A stretch of DNA of 32,000 nt. Origin: Synechococcus elongatus PCC 6301 (GTDB taxonomy: Bacteria; Cyanobacteriota; Cyanobacteriia; Synechococcales; Synechococcaceae). Each line of letters opens with the position of its first letter. The stretch's first letter is position 1. The position numbers were made by a program, and so were the translations under genes. Shown here piece after piece: positions 1 to 8,705 of this stretch. The DNA is taken from contig NC_006576.1 in NCBI RefSeq assembly GCF_000010065.1, positions 2,610,001 through 2,642,000 on the forward strand, given 5' to 3'. The notes under the pieces were generated by a model. The model was not told the DNA's origin, searched no databases, and worked only from the letters and a program-made list of their open reading frames with translations.

Positions 1-37
1 AAGCAGTCTCAGGGATATCGCCTAACCGAGACTGCTT
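1..37. terminator. Inverted repeat AAGCAGTCTC(1-10)/GAGACTGCTT(28-37), terminator-like hairpin
   Basis: Perfect 10-bp complementary arms with a 17-nt loop at the window edge; no long T-tract. Confidence 0.4.
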
Positions 38-97
38 TGCCGCATCAAGTCACTCAACAAGCTGCGACGCTTGGGGCGATCGCTTGGTGAGTAACCG

Positions 98-364
98 TTA
101 TTCGCCAATCACAGCAAAGCCAGGACGCTTGACCGTGGCACTACCGCCCGACTTCTCGTAGAGCTGGACCGAGGCGATCCCGCTGGTGAGCACTGCCAGC
201 TTCTTCTCAGCCTGGAACTCGCAGTGCAGCTCCAATACGCTTGGCTGGCCGCTGCGCAAGGCCTCAACCACTTGCTGATAGGCCGCCTGTGCAGCTTCTG
301 CTTCTTTGCGCTGCACCGAAACCGGCATGGGCGTGAACTTCAGGGAAATCTCAAGGATGTACAT
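98..364 (-). CDS. Conserved-looking hypothetical protein (88 aa)
   Basis: ORF track; no competing ORF of better quality; family not recognised. Confidence 0.5.
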   Translation of the reverse strand: MYILEISLKFTPMPVSVQRKEAEAAQAAYQQVVEALRSGQPSVLELHCEFQAEKKLAVLTSGIASVQLYEKSGGSATVKRPGFAVIGE

Positions 365-446
365 GGAAGCCTGCGAGACACAACGGCAGCGATCGCTTCC
401 AGTATCTCAGATCAATATCCCTCCCCGATGGGAGGCAGCCTGCCTA

Positions 447-452
447 TAATGA
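447..452 (+). promoter_or_regulatory. Candidate -10 element (TATAAT) for psbD
   Basis: Perfect TATAAT about 110 nt upstream of the psbD ATG; no clear -35 at 17 nt spacing. Confidence 0.4.
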
Positions 453-564
453 GACGACAGTAACGAAACGTTAAGCTGCGACCTCGGTTGCCATAATCAT
501 CCATGTTTGTCGCAAACTGCGTTTCTCTGAACTGATATTGCAAATATCTGGAGATTGCTAAGCA

Positions 565-1623
565 ATGACGATTGCAGTAGGGCGAGCGCCAGCGGAGCGG
601 GGATGGTTTGACGTCCTCGACGACTGGCTGAAGCGCGACCGATATGTATTTGTGGGTTGGTCAGGGTTGCTGCTGTTTCCCTGTGCGTATTTAGCACTGG
701 GCGGGTGGTTGACCGGGACCAGCTTTGTGACGTCGTGGTACACCCACGGCATCGCGTCTTCGTACTTAGAAGGCGGCAACTTTTTGACCGTAGCAGTGAG
801 CACCCCAGCGGATGCGTTTGGGCATTCGTTGATGCTGCTGTGGGGCCCCGAGGCACAAGGGAACTTCGTGCGTTGGTGCCAGTTGGGTGGCTTGTGGAAC
901 TTCGTAGCACTGCACGGCGCCTTCGGCCTGATTGGGTTCATGCTGCGTCAATTTGAGATTGCGCGGTTGGTGGGCGTCCGTCCGTACAACGCGATCGCCT
1001 TTTCGGGTCCGATCGCAGTGTTCGTGTCGGTGTTCTTGATGTACCCGTTGGGTCAATCGAGCTGGTTCTTCGCTCCGAGCTTTGGCGTGGCAGCGATTTT
1101 CCGGTTTTTGTTGTTCCTGCAAGGGTTCCACAACTGGACCTTGAACCCATTCCACATGATGGGCGTGGCCGGGATTTTGGGTGGGGCATTGCTGTGCGCC
1201 ATTCACGGTGCGACGGTGGAGAACACCCTGTTCGAGGATTCAGAGCAATCGAACACCTTCCGGGCATTTGAGCCGACGCAGGCCGAAGAGACGTACTCGA
1301 TGGTGACGGCGAACCGTTTTTGGAGCCAGATTTTCGGGATTGCGTTTTCGAACAAGCGGTGGCTGCACTTTTTCATGCTGTTCGTGCCGGTGACGGGCTT
1401 GTGGATGAGCTCGATCGGGATTGTAGGTTTGGCGTTGAACCTGCGGGCGTACGACTTCGTGTCGCAGGAGCTGCGGGCCGCTGAGGATCCGGAATTTGAG
1501 ACGTTCTACACGAAGAACATCTTGTTGAACGAAGGGATTCGGGCCTGGATGGCACCGCAAGACCAACCGCACGAAAAATTCGTCTTCCCCGAAGAGGTTC
1601 TGCCTCGCGGTAACGCTCTCTAG
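565..1623 (+). CDS. psbD: Photosystem II D2 protein, monocistronic copy (psbD2/psbDII-like)
   Basis: 352-aa product with the full canonical D2 sequence ([34 protein letters not shown]... GNAL). No psbC follows, unlike the psbDC arrangement. Confidence 0.97.
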   Translation: MTIAVGRAPAERGWFDVLDDWLKRDRYVFVGWSGLLLFPCAYLALGGWLTGTSFVTSWYTHGIASSYLEGGNFLTVAVSTPADAFGHSLMLLWGPEAQGNFVRWCQLGGLWNFVALHGAFGLIGFMLRQFEIARLVGVRPYNAIAFSGPIAVFVSVFLMYPLGQSSWFFAPSFGVAAIFRFLLFLQGFHNWTLNPFHMMGVAGILGGALLCAIHGATVENTLFEDSEQSNTFRAFEPTQAEETYSMVTANRFWSQIFGIAFSNKRWLHFFMLFVPVTGLWMSSIGIVGLALNLRAYDFVSQELRAAEDPEFETFYTKNILLNEGIRAWMAPQDQPHEKFVFPEEVLPRGNAL

Positions 1624-1655
1624 GCATTTTTCTCTAACAGGAAAGATTTTTGCTC

Positions 1656-1680
1656 AACGGCCTCCCCAAAGGAGGTCGTT
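1656..1680 (+). terminator. Hairpin downstream of psbD
   Basis: AACGGCCTCC/GGAGGTCGTT, 10 bp with one G-U, 5-nt loop; no T-tract. Confidence 0.4.
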
Positions 1681-1710
1681 GCCGTTAGGATAGGGGGCGT
1701 AAACCTGTTG

Positions 1711-1937
1711 TAGTTGCGCGGAGGTGGTGCCCTCATGGTGGAATGTAGTAAAACCTTGGGTCTGATCGTTGGAGAAAGCCGGCTGTGAGCCGGAACCGTC
1801 CTCTGAGCACGATTCCCAGTAATCTTTAAGGTCTGGAACCAGACTTTAGTCGGAGAGTTCTTCCGGCAGCCAGGTTCCGACGTCATAGACCCGACTAGAC
1901 CGCTCCTTGTCATCTGATAGGGAGCGGATAGTTTTTT
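1711..1937 (+). ncRNA. Candidate structured small RNA (6S-like rod) followed by an intrinsic terminator
   Basis: Hand folding gives a long imperfect rod: GGTCT(1759-1763)/AGACC(1887-1891); GA(1764-1765)/TC(1883-1884); CGTTGGA(1767-1773)/TCCGACG(1876-1882); GGCT(1781-1784)/AGCC(1868-1871); GCCGGAA(1789-1795)/TTCCGGC(1861-1867); apical TAAGGTCTG(1827-1835)-GAAC-CAGACTTTA(1840-1848). Possible outer TAGTTG(1711-1716)/CGACTA(1892-1897). Terminator CCGCTCC(1900-1906)/GGAGCGG(1921-1927) then TTTTTT(1932-1937). Confidence 0.55.
1900..1937 (+). terminator. Intrinsic terminator
   Basis: CCGCTCC...GGAGCGG followed by a TTTTTT tract. Confidence 0.75.
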
Positions 1938-2035
1938 GAGCAATTATCAACTCATCAATTCCGTAGCAAAAAGCACGAGATTACTCGTCTCAAGTCGCTA
2001 CTTTTAAATGCACCTCGTGTTGACTTCAGATCTGT

Positions 2036-2443
2036 ATGCCAAGACTTCGTTGGACTTCGTACCTCAAAGTGTTGGTGATTAGCCTGATTGCGGGCACCCT
2101 GTCCCCAGTCGTGGCGAGCTTACCTTCGCAAGGGACTCGTCCATCGTTGGCTCGAAGCATGGAGATGAACTCAGTGTTGAGTGCAGCCGAGATTCAGACT
2201 CGCCTATTGCGATTACCGGCTTGGCGTCTAGACGGACAAAGTATCGTCTGCGATCCCCGTTTCGCGGGGTTTCCAGAGGCGATCGCCTTCTTAAATCGCT
2301 TGGTGGAGCCAGCGGAAGCTGCAGGGCACCATCCGGATTTAGAAGTCTCCTACAACCGAGTCATCATCCGTCTAACTACGCACGATGCCGGAGGTTTGAC
2401 CGACCAAGATTTTTCCTTGGCTGAAAAGATCAGCCAACTGTGA
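2036..2443 (+). CDS. Pterin-4-alpha-carbinolamine dehydratase family protein with N-terminal hydrophobic extension
   Basis: Core LPAWRLDGQSIVCDPRFAGFPEAIAFLNRLVEPAEAAGHHPDLEVSYNRVIIRLTTHDAGGLTDQDFSLAEKI fits the PCD/DCoH family (AGHHPD motif). The N-terminus YLKVLVISLIAGTLSPVVA resembles a signal or anchor. Confidence 0.85.
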   Translation: MPRLRWTSYLKVLVISLIAGTLSPVVASLPSQGTRPSLARSMEMNSVLSAAEIQTRLLRLPAWRLDGQSIVCDPRFAGFPEAIAFLNRLVEPAEAAGHHPDLEVSYNRVIIRLTTHDAGGLTDQDFSLAEKISQL

Positions 2444-2503
2444 GCAGGGTCAATTCGTGAACTAGCACGGCATCGCCCCCTTCCCATGGTTGACTAGGCG
2501 ACA

Positions 2504-2509
2504 TATAAT
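2504..2509 (+). promoter_or_regulatory. Candidate -10 (TATAAT) for the first porin gene
   Basis: TATAAT 72 nt upstream of ATG 2581; the nearby TTGACT (2490-2495) is too close (8 nt) to be its -35. Confidence 0.4.
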
Positions 2510-2580
2510 GAACCGTGAAGTTCTGCGGCTACCTTGTAAGTAATCCCAAACTTCTAACTCCCGGTGTGAGGATTGAGTTC

Positions 2581-4224
2581 ATGAAAAATCTGTTCAAGGT
2601 CATGTTGGCTGGCCCTCTGGCCGCTAGCGTTGCTTTTGCAGGCGCAGCCCAAGCGGAAAGCCTGAACCGCGACACGATTAATCAGGTCAACGCGATCGCT
2701 AATGAAGAGCTGCCTGCAGCCCAAGTCACTTCGATCACTCAGCTGAGTGATGTCAAACCGACCGACTGGGCTTACCAAGCACTGCAATCGCTGGTTGAGC
2801 GCTATGGCTGTATCGTTGGTTATCCCGATCGTACCTACCGTGGCAGCCGCGCCCTGACTCGCTACGAATTCGCTGCTGGTCTGAACGCTTGTTTGGACAA
2901 AGTCATTGAATTTGCAGCTTCAAAAGAGGATCTCGACACCCTCAAGAAGCTGATGGAAGAGTTCCAAGCTGAACTCGCAACCCTGCGCGGCCGGGTCGAC
3001 AGCCTCGAAGCTCGTGTGACCGAACTGGAAGCAACTCAGTTTTCCACCACCACCAAGCTACAAGGCGAAGTAATCCTGAGCTTGGATCGGGCTTTTGGCC
3101 CCAGCGGTCTCGACACCGGTACCTCCTTCTCGCAACGGGTTAGTCTCAACCTCAATACCAGTTTCACTGGTAAAGATTTGCTGAAAACGCGTCTGCGTTC
3201 CAACAGCATCACCTCTCCTGGCCTACGGGACTTCAATGGTGGCGTGCCTGGCTCAGGCATCATCAGCCCTGCTGCTGCCCTCGATTACGACAACGCCACC
3301 AACGCACCTAACGCTAATTTCTTCCTAGACACGTTGCTCTACACCTTCCCCGTGGGCGATGTGAAATTTACTGTGGGTACTTCTAACCTGCAGGTTGAAG
3401 ACATTCTGTCGACGACTGGCACGTTCTACGCACCCTACATCAGCTACTTCTTCAGTACTCCGATCCCGGGTATCTATGGTGATGCTGATACCACCAACTC
3501 TGCTGGTGCTGGTTTCAACTGGCAACTAAGCAAAAGCTTTAACTTTGGTGCTGCCTACATCAACCAAAATGGTCCGACCACAGGTGGTAACCTCGCCAGT
3601 GACCCGACTTCGGGTGTGTTCGGTGCTGACTCTCAAACTACGGCTCAGTTAGCGTTCAAAAACGACAGTGGTACTTTCATCGGTGCCCTGGCCTACGCTT
3701 ACCGGAAAGGTCCTGACCTTGCAACCGATTTGAGCTTCTTGCCTAGCCAGTTTGGTGGTGTTAACTTCGGTACTCCTCGTGCTTTGGCTGGTCTTGGCTT
3801 AGGTAGCTCCGGCTCAGACATCGTCAGCACCAACAATATTGGTTTGTCCTTGGGCTGGGCAGTGAGCGATGGCTTCACCATCAGCGGTTCCTATGGCATC
3901 AGCTTCGGCAACGGTTTTGGTGCTAACAACACAGTTCAGTCTTGGACGGTAGGCTTCACCTTCCCGAACCTCTTCGCTGATGGCAACGAGTTCGGCTTCG
4001 CAGTGGGTCAAGCACCCTACGTGATCAGTGATAGCCGGGGCGCTGCTTTCCAAGACACCGGTAACTTCGCTTTTGAGGTTTACTACAAGCTGCAAGTGAC
4101 TGACAACATCTCGATCACTCCTGCTCTCTACGCCATCACCAATGCTGGCGGTGGTCTGAGCTTCCCCGATTCGGCTAATGGTGACTTCATCGTCCCCGTG
4201 ATCAAAACCGTGTTTACTTTCTAA
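2581..4224 (+). CDS. SLH-domain outer-membrane porin (SomA/SomB/OprB-type)
   Basis: The start is probably ATG 2581 (MKNLFKVMLAGPLAASVAFAGAAQAES, classic signal peptide), not the tracked 2515 GTG. SLH segment DVKPTDWAYQALQSLVERYGCIVGYPDRTYRGSRALTRYEFAAGLNACLDKV, coiled-coil, beta-barrel ending in VFTF. Confidence 0.9.
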   Translation: MKNLFKVMLAGPLAASVAFAGAAQAESLNRDTINQVNAIANEELPAAQVTSITQLSDVKPTDWAYQALQSLVERYGCIVGYPDRTYRGSRALTRYEFAAGLNACLDKVIEFAASKEDLDTLKKLMEEFQAELATLRGRVDSLEARVTELEATQFSTTTKLQGEVILSLDRAFGPSGLDTGTSFSQRVSLNLNTSFTGKDLLKTRLRSNSITSPGLRDFNGGVPGSGIISPAAALDYDNATNAPNANFFLDTLLYTFPVGDVKFTVGTSNLQVEDILSTTGTFYAPYISYFFSTPIPGIYGDADTTNSAGAGFNWQLSKSFNFGAAYINQNGPTTGGNLASDPTSGVFGADSQTTAQLAFKNDSGTFIGALAYAYRKGPDLATDLSFLPSQFGGVNFGTPRALAGLGLGSSGSDIVSTNNIGLSLGWAVSDGFTISGSYGISFGNGFGANNTVQSWTVGFTFPNLFADGNEFGFAVGQAPYVISDSRGAAFQDTGNFAFEVYYKLQVTDNISITPALYAITNAGGGLSFPDSANGDFIVPVIKTVFTF

Positions 4225-4253
4225 AGCTACGGCACTAGTTAGTTAATCCTTGG

Positions 4254-4292
4254 GAGAGGGTGGGGTCCGCAAGATCTCACCCTCTCTGTTTT
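4254..4292 (+). terminator. Terminator after first porin
   Basis: GAGAGGGTG(4254-4262)/CACCCTCTC(4278-4286) then TGTTTT. Confidence 0.75.
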
Positions 4293-4460
4293 GAGGGAAA
4301 GCTGGGTTTTGGGTGACCTCCTTGAGAGAAGTGTTGCAAGTTTTGCAAAACGTTCATGCAGGATGTGTTCCAAAAGACTAGTTTTTTGACAAGGGATTTG
4401 TTACCTTACCTTCGTGAGAAGTGATCTAGCCATTTCTCCCTACATGGTGTGAGGTTATCA

Positions 4461-6056
4461 ATGAAACGCCTTTTCTCGGCGCTGCTTCTAGCCCCGGCAA
4501 TTGCTGGTGTGGCTGCGGGCGCAGCAAATGCTAACGGTTTAAGCACCGAACAGCTCCAAAAAATTGACGCTGTAACTCCCAACGGCATCACCTCCGGTCA
4601 GATCACTTCGATCACCGAATTGAGTGATGTCAAGCCGACTGACTGGGCTTATCAAGCATTGCAGTCGCTAGTTGAGCGTTATGGCTGCATCGTCGGCTAC
4701 CCTGATCGGACTTACCGTGGTAGCCGCCCCCTCCCTCGTTATGAGTTTGCAGCAGGCTTGAACGCTTGCTTGGACAAAGTCATTGAATTTGCAGCGTCGA
4801 AAGAGGATCTCGACACCCTCAAGCGACTGACTGAAGAATTCCAAGCTGAGCTGGCGACCCTGCGTGGTCGTGTTGATAGTCTCGAGGCTCATGTTAAAGA
4901 GCTCGAAGCTACCCGTTTCTCCACCACGACTAAGCTACAAGGTGAAGTAATCTTCAGCTTGGACGCTGTTGCTAATACTGCTGGCAACGAACGTAACCAA
5001 GACGGTGCTGTATCGTTCGGCAACCGCGTCAGCTTGAACCTCAACACGAGCTTCACTGGCAAAGACTTGCTATTGACCCGTCTGCGCGCTCGTAACATTG
5101 AGACGATTCAGCAGCGCTTGTCGCCTGGCTTTAATCCCTCGGGCTCGCGGCTCGACTACGACGGTACCGGTTCGCCTGGTGTCCCGAATTCGGCTAATAC
5201 CTTTTTCCTTGACAAATTGCTGTACCGCTTCCCCGTCGGTGATGTCTCCTTCACTGTTGGTACCGCGGGCGTTCAACCTCAAGACTACGGCCTGAGCGAC
5301 GCTACCTTCTTCAGTGGCCCTGCGAACACGAAAGCCTTCAAGTATGTCGGTGCAGGTGTTTACGCTGATACTCGTGATGCTGATACCGCTGGTGTTGGCT
5401 TCAACTGGAAGGCTAGTAAGAATTTCAGCTTCCAGGCTGGCTACATCAACCGCAACTCTGCTGATGTCTCGACTGTCAACAGTGGTGGTGTCTTTGGCTT
5501 CACCCCGACAGGGACTGGTACTAACTCTTGGGATGTGAACGCTCAAGTCAAGTACCAAACTGATAACAACAAGTTCCGAGTTGCTCTGGCCTACGCTCTG
5601 CGAAATGGTCGCTACGCCACTGACTTCGGTACCACCAACGCCTTCCAGCCTTTTGGTGCTACCAACTACAACAGCAACAACCTTGCTCTCTCCTTGGGTT
5701 GGGCAATTTCTGATGCTGTGACCTTGTCAGCCGGCTACGGCATTGGCTTTGTCAATGAGCAAGGTACGAACCAAAACGCGACTGTTCAGAACTACGCAAT
5801 TGGCTTGACCTTCCCTAACCTGTTTGCTGATGGCAACGAGTTTGGTGTTGCAGCAGACCAACAACCTTGGGTCAGCAGCGCTTCTAACCGTTCGTCTGAA
5901 GACACTGGTTCCTTTGGTGTTGAAACCTACTACAAAATCCAAGTGACGGACAATATCTCCATCACTCCTGGTACTTACGTGTTCAACAACACCAATGGCC
6001 AGCAAAACGGTGGAACGACTTACGTTCCCTTCCTGAAAACAGTCTTCCGTTTCTAG
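4461..6056 (+). CDS. SLH-domain outer-membrane porin, second tandem paralogue
   Basis: Start at ATG 4461 (MKRLFSALLLAPAIAGVAAGAANAN). N-terminal SLH and coiled-coil regions nearly identical to the upstream porin; ends in VFRF. Confidence 0.9.
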   Translation: MKRLFSALLLAPAIAGVAAGAANANGLSTEQLQKIDAVTPNGITSGQITSITELSDVKPTDWAYQALQSLVERYGCIVGYPDRTYRGSRPLPRYEFAAGLNACLDKVIEFAASKEDLDTLKRLTEEFQAELATLRGRVDSLEAHVKELEATRFSTTTKLQGEVIFSLDAVANTAGNERNQDGAVSFGNRVSLNLNTSFTGKDLLLTRLRARNIETIQQRLSPGFNPSGSRLDYDGTGSPGVPNSANTFFLDKLLYRFPVGDVSFTVGTAGVQPQDYGLSDATFFSGPANTKAFKYVGAGVYADTRDADTAGVGFNWKASKNFSFQAGYINRNSADVSTVNSGGVFGFTPTGTGTNSWDVNAQVKYQTDNNKFRVALAYALRNGRYATDFGTTNAFQPFGATNYNSNNLALSLGWAISDAVTLSAGYGIGFVNEQGTNQNATVQNYAIGLTFPNLFADGNEFGVAADQQPWVSSASNRSSEDTGSFGVETYYKIQVTDNISITPGTYVFNNTNGQQNGGTTYVPFLKTVFRF

Positions 6057-6071
6057 GAATCAACTGTTTAG

Positions 6072-6101
6072 TTAGGGATGGGCGATCGCCCATCCCTAAC
6101 C
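6072..6101 (+). terminator. Perfect 30-bp palindrome centred on a HIP1 octamer, downstream of second porin
   Basis: GTTAGGGATGGGCGATCGCCCATCCCTAAC is its own reverse complement and lies 16 nt after the stop. Confidence 0.6.
6083..6090. repeat. HIP1 octamer GCGATCGC (one example of many dispersed copies)
   Basis: Exact copies also at 76-83, 389-396 and 25154-25161, and many more across the window. Confidence 0.9.
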
Positions 6102-6121
6102 AACTCTTTCCTCACCACATT

Positions 6122-6147
6122 AGCTCTCGCCTGTCGAGAGCTTTTTT
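6122..6147 (+). terminator. Intrinsic terminator
   Basis: AGCTCTCG(6122-6129)/CGAGAGCT(6135-6142) followed by a T-tract. Confidence 0.85.
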
Positions 6148-6200
6148 ATGCTTTTTAGGAGCTGAAGCTGAAATCCTCAATCTCCAGTGGAGAATGGGTG

Positions 6201-6206
6201 TATAAT
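6201..6206 (+). promoter_or_regulatory. Candidate -10 (TATAAT) for the Rrf2-family gene
   Basis: TATAAT just upstream of the coding start. Confidence 0.45.
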
Positions 6207-6232
6207 CAGCTACAGCTGTGTGGAACGATCGC

Positions 6233-6673
6233 GTGGAGCTGTCCGGAAAGTGTGAATATGCTCTTCTAGCCTTGATTGAGCTAGCCCGAGGGCACAGCAA
6301 CGGTGAACCACAACAGATCAAACAGCTTGCCGACCGGCAAAATATTCCCGATCGCTACCTTGAACAGTTGCTAGCTACCCTGCGGCGTGGAGGTATTGTT
6401 CGCAGTGTTCGTGGGGCTCGAGGTGGCTATCTTCTCGCCCGAGAACCCTGGCAAATTTCGATGCAGGATGTCGTGCACTGCATTGATGGGACTGAAATGC
6501 AGCGAACTGAGGCGATCGATCAGCAGTCAGTGACGATTGAACGCCAAATTCTTGTTGATATTAATGTTGAGCTTTGCAAGGCTGTAGAGGATGTTTTGGC
6601 TGCCTATAGCTTGCAAGATCTATTAGAAATTCGAGAAAATCGAGCTAGTACAGATTTGATGTATTACATTTGA
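6233..6673 (+). CDS. Rrf2-family transcriptional regulator
   Basis: VELSGKCEYALLALIELARGH...IKQLADRQNIPDRYLEQLLATLRRGGIVRSVRGARGGYLLAREPWQISMQDVV is diagnostic of Rrf2. The tracked start is GTG 6218; GTG 6233 fits better with the -10 position. Confidence 0.88.
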   Translation: MELSGKCEYALLALIELARGHSNGEPQQIKQLADRQNIPDRYLEQLLATLRRGGIVRSVRGARGGYLLAREPWQISMQDVVHCIDGTEMQRTEAIDQQSVTIERQILVDINVELCKAVEDVLAAYSLQDLLEIRENRASTDLMYYI

Positions 6674-6929
6674 TTTTTCAGATTTACTGGGAACTATCTA
6701 TTTGTCAATTTAGGCTTCCTCTGATCTTGAGCTGATCGTGATTGTTGAGTACTTAGACTTGCTCCACACTAGGAATGCTGAGCCTAAATGGCAATCTGCC
6801 GGCTAAAAGGCTGTTGCGCTCGTTTGAGTATCGACCCTTAGCTTTACAGAATTGGCGATTTGCTACCTACAGCTAGGGTTGTAGGCCATGATTATAAGGA
6901 CGCCGTCTTCACCCGCTAACCGCTCAGTC

Positions 6930-7892
6930 ATGCGAATCGCTCAGAACATCACGGAACTCATTGGCCGGACTCCTCTGGTGCAGCTCAATCGCATCCCCGT
7001 CGCAGATGGCTGCTTGGCCAGAATTGTGGTAAAGCTGGAAAGCTTTAATCCTTCAGCGTCGGTCAAAGACCGGATCGGCATCAGCATGATTCTAGAGGCT
7101 GAGCGCAAAGGCCTCATTGCTCCTGATCGCACAACACTGGTAGAGCCGACCTCTGGCAACACAGGGATTGCCTTAGCGATGGCTGCTGCAGCAAGAGGCT
7201 ACCGGCTGATTTTGACCATGCCAGACACGATGAGTTCAGAGCGTCGGGCGATGCTGCGGGCCTATGGGGCCACACTGGAATTGACGCCCGGGATTGAAGG
7301 GATGGCTGGTTGCATTCAGCGGGCACAGGAAATTGTTGCCTCGCATCCTGAAGCCTATATGCTGCAACAGTTCAAGAATCCCGCGAATCCCAAAATTCAC
7401 CGAGAAACTACAGCAGAAGAGATTTGGGCGGACACCGATGGCACCGTCGATATTTTGATTTCAGGGGTTGGCACAGGGGGAACAATCACCGGGGTAGCGG
7501 AGGTTTTGAAGGAACGCAAACCGTCCTTCCAAGCGTTCGCAGTTGAGCCAGCTAATAGTCCGGTGCTATCGGGAGGGCGGCCTGGTCCCCACAAGATTCA
7601 AGGCATTGGGGCAGGTTTTGTGCCAGAAGTGCTGGCGACTCAACTGATCGATGAGGTTGTGACGGTAAGCGATGACGAAGCGATCGCCTACGGCCGTCGC
7701 TTAGCTCGCGAGGAAGGGTTGCTGTCGGGGATTTCCAGTGGCGCTGCAGTCGCTGCCGCCGTCCAAGTTGCTCGCCGGCCTGAAAATACCGACAAACTGA
7801 TCGTGGTCATCTTGCCCAGTTTTGGCGAGCGCTATCTCAGCACACCTTTGTTCCAAGAGCCGGAACTGGTTTCAGTTAGCAGCAACGGTTAG
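6930..7892 (+). CDS. cysK: Cysteine synthase A (O-acetylserine sulfhydrylase)
   Basis: [23 protein letters not shown]...[16 protein letters not shown]...[14 protein letters not shown]...[11 protein letters not shown]...; start ATG 6930. Confidence 0.95.
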   Translation: MRIAQNITELIGRTPLVQLNRIPVADGCLARIVVKLESFNPSASVKDRIGISMILEAERKGLIAPDRTTLVEPTSGNTGIALAMAAAARGYRLILTMPDTMSSERRAMLRAYGATLELTPGIEGMAGCIQRAQEIVASHPEAYMLQQFKNPANPKIHRETTAEEIWADTDGTVDILISGVGTGGTITGVAEVLKERKPSFQAFAVEPANSPVLSGGRPGPHKIQGIGAGFVPEVLATQLIDEVVTVSDDEAIAYGRRLAREEGLLSGISSGAAVAAAVQVARRPENTDKLIVVILPSFGERYLSTPLFQEPELVSVSSNG

Positions 7893-7897
7893 GTCTT

Positions 7898-8587
7898 TTG
7901 GCGGATCACTATCAGACGCTGGGTGTTTCCCCCAGTGCCAGCCAGCAGGAGATCAAGCTGGCCTATCGACAACTGGCAATGCAGTATCATCCCGATCGCA
8001 ATGCCAAAGCCGGACATGATCGTATCGTGGCTATTAATGCCGCCTACGAAATCCTAGGGAACTTGGAAGAGCGGCGGCGCTATGATGCACTGCGAGGTGG
8101 CAGCCAGAGCGATGCAACCGATCGTACTGTGGCTGCTCAGGATCATTACCGTCAGCAACGTCGTCGCCAAAGCGATCGGGATGAAGCCGTTGAGCAGTGG
8201 CTGAAACGGGTTTACGAACCTGCTCAGACTGCCATTGGCAAAATTCTGCGGCCGTTTCGGGCGGAGCTAACTGCCCTTGCCGCTGATCCCTACGATGACG
8301 AATTGATGGCGGCTTTTGAAGCCTATATTGCGCGATCGCGGCAATTGCAGGCACAGGCAGAACGGTACCTGCAGTCCGAACCAGCACCCGCTATGGCCGG
8401 GGCGATCGCACGGTTGCTGTTTCAATGTCTGAATCAGGCTAGTGATGCTTTGGATGAATTGGAGCGCTACTGTTTGGGCTATAACGATGATTGCTTGCGG
8501 GATGGTCGAGAAATGATGCGTATTGCCCAACGTCTTCGCCAAGAAATGCAAGCGATCGTTCGGCAACAACCTGCTCGGAGCCGTTGA
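7898..8587 (+). CDS. J-domain (DnaJ-like) protein
   Basis: DHYQTLGVSPSASQQEIKLAYRQLAMQYHPDRNAKAGHDRIVAINAAYEILGNLEERRRYDAL with HPD motif; TTG start 6 nt after the cysK stop. Confidence 0.9.
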   Translation: MADHYQTLGVSPSASQQEIKLAYRQLAMQYHPDRNAKAGHDRIVAINAAYEILGNLEERRRYDALRGGSQSDATDRTVAAQDHYRQQRRRQSDRDEAVEQWLKRVYEPAQTAIGKILRPFRAELTALAADPYDDELMAAFEAYIARSRQLQAQAERYLQSEPAPAMAGAIARLLFQCLNQASDALDELERYCLGYNDDCLRDGREMMRIAQRLRQEMQAIVRQQPARSR

Positions 8588-8705
8588 GAAGCTTCAGTAG
8601 ACCATGGCCGACTACTTTCGTGACCTAGAGCAAACTACAGTGAGTGCCTAAACCCACAAGAAAATTTTAACTAAAAGGAGCGTGTTGTCTGGACAGAGAG
8701 CAGGC

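Noticed and set aside
497-1943. Antisense and alternative-frame ORFs over and after psbD (497..910, 558..941, 657..956, 766..1206, 938..1267, 1240..1572, 1373..1627, 1620..1943)
   Set aside because: They overlap a conserved psbD gene or the structured RNA region, have low-complexity or unnatural composition, and no recognisable families.
6866-6885. Riboswitch upstream of cysK
   Set aside because: Only a short 6-bp inverted repeat; no known SAM or other aptamer core recognised, so I keep it only as a possible operator.
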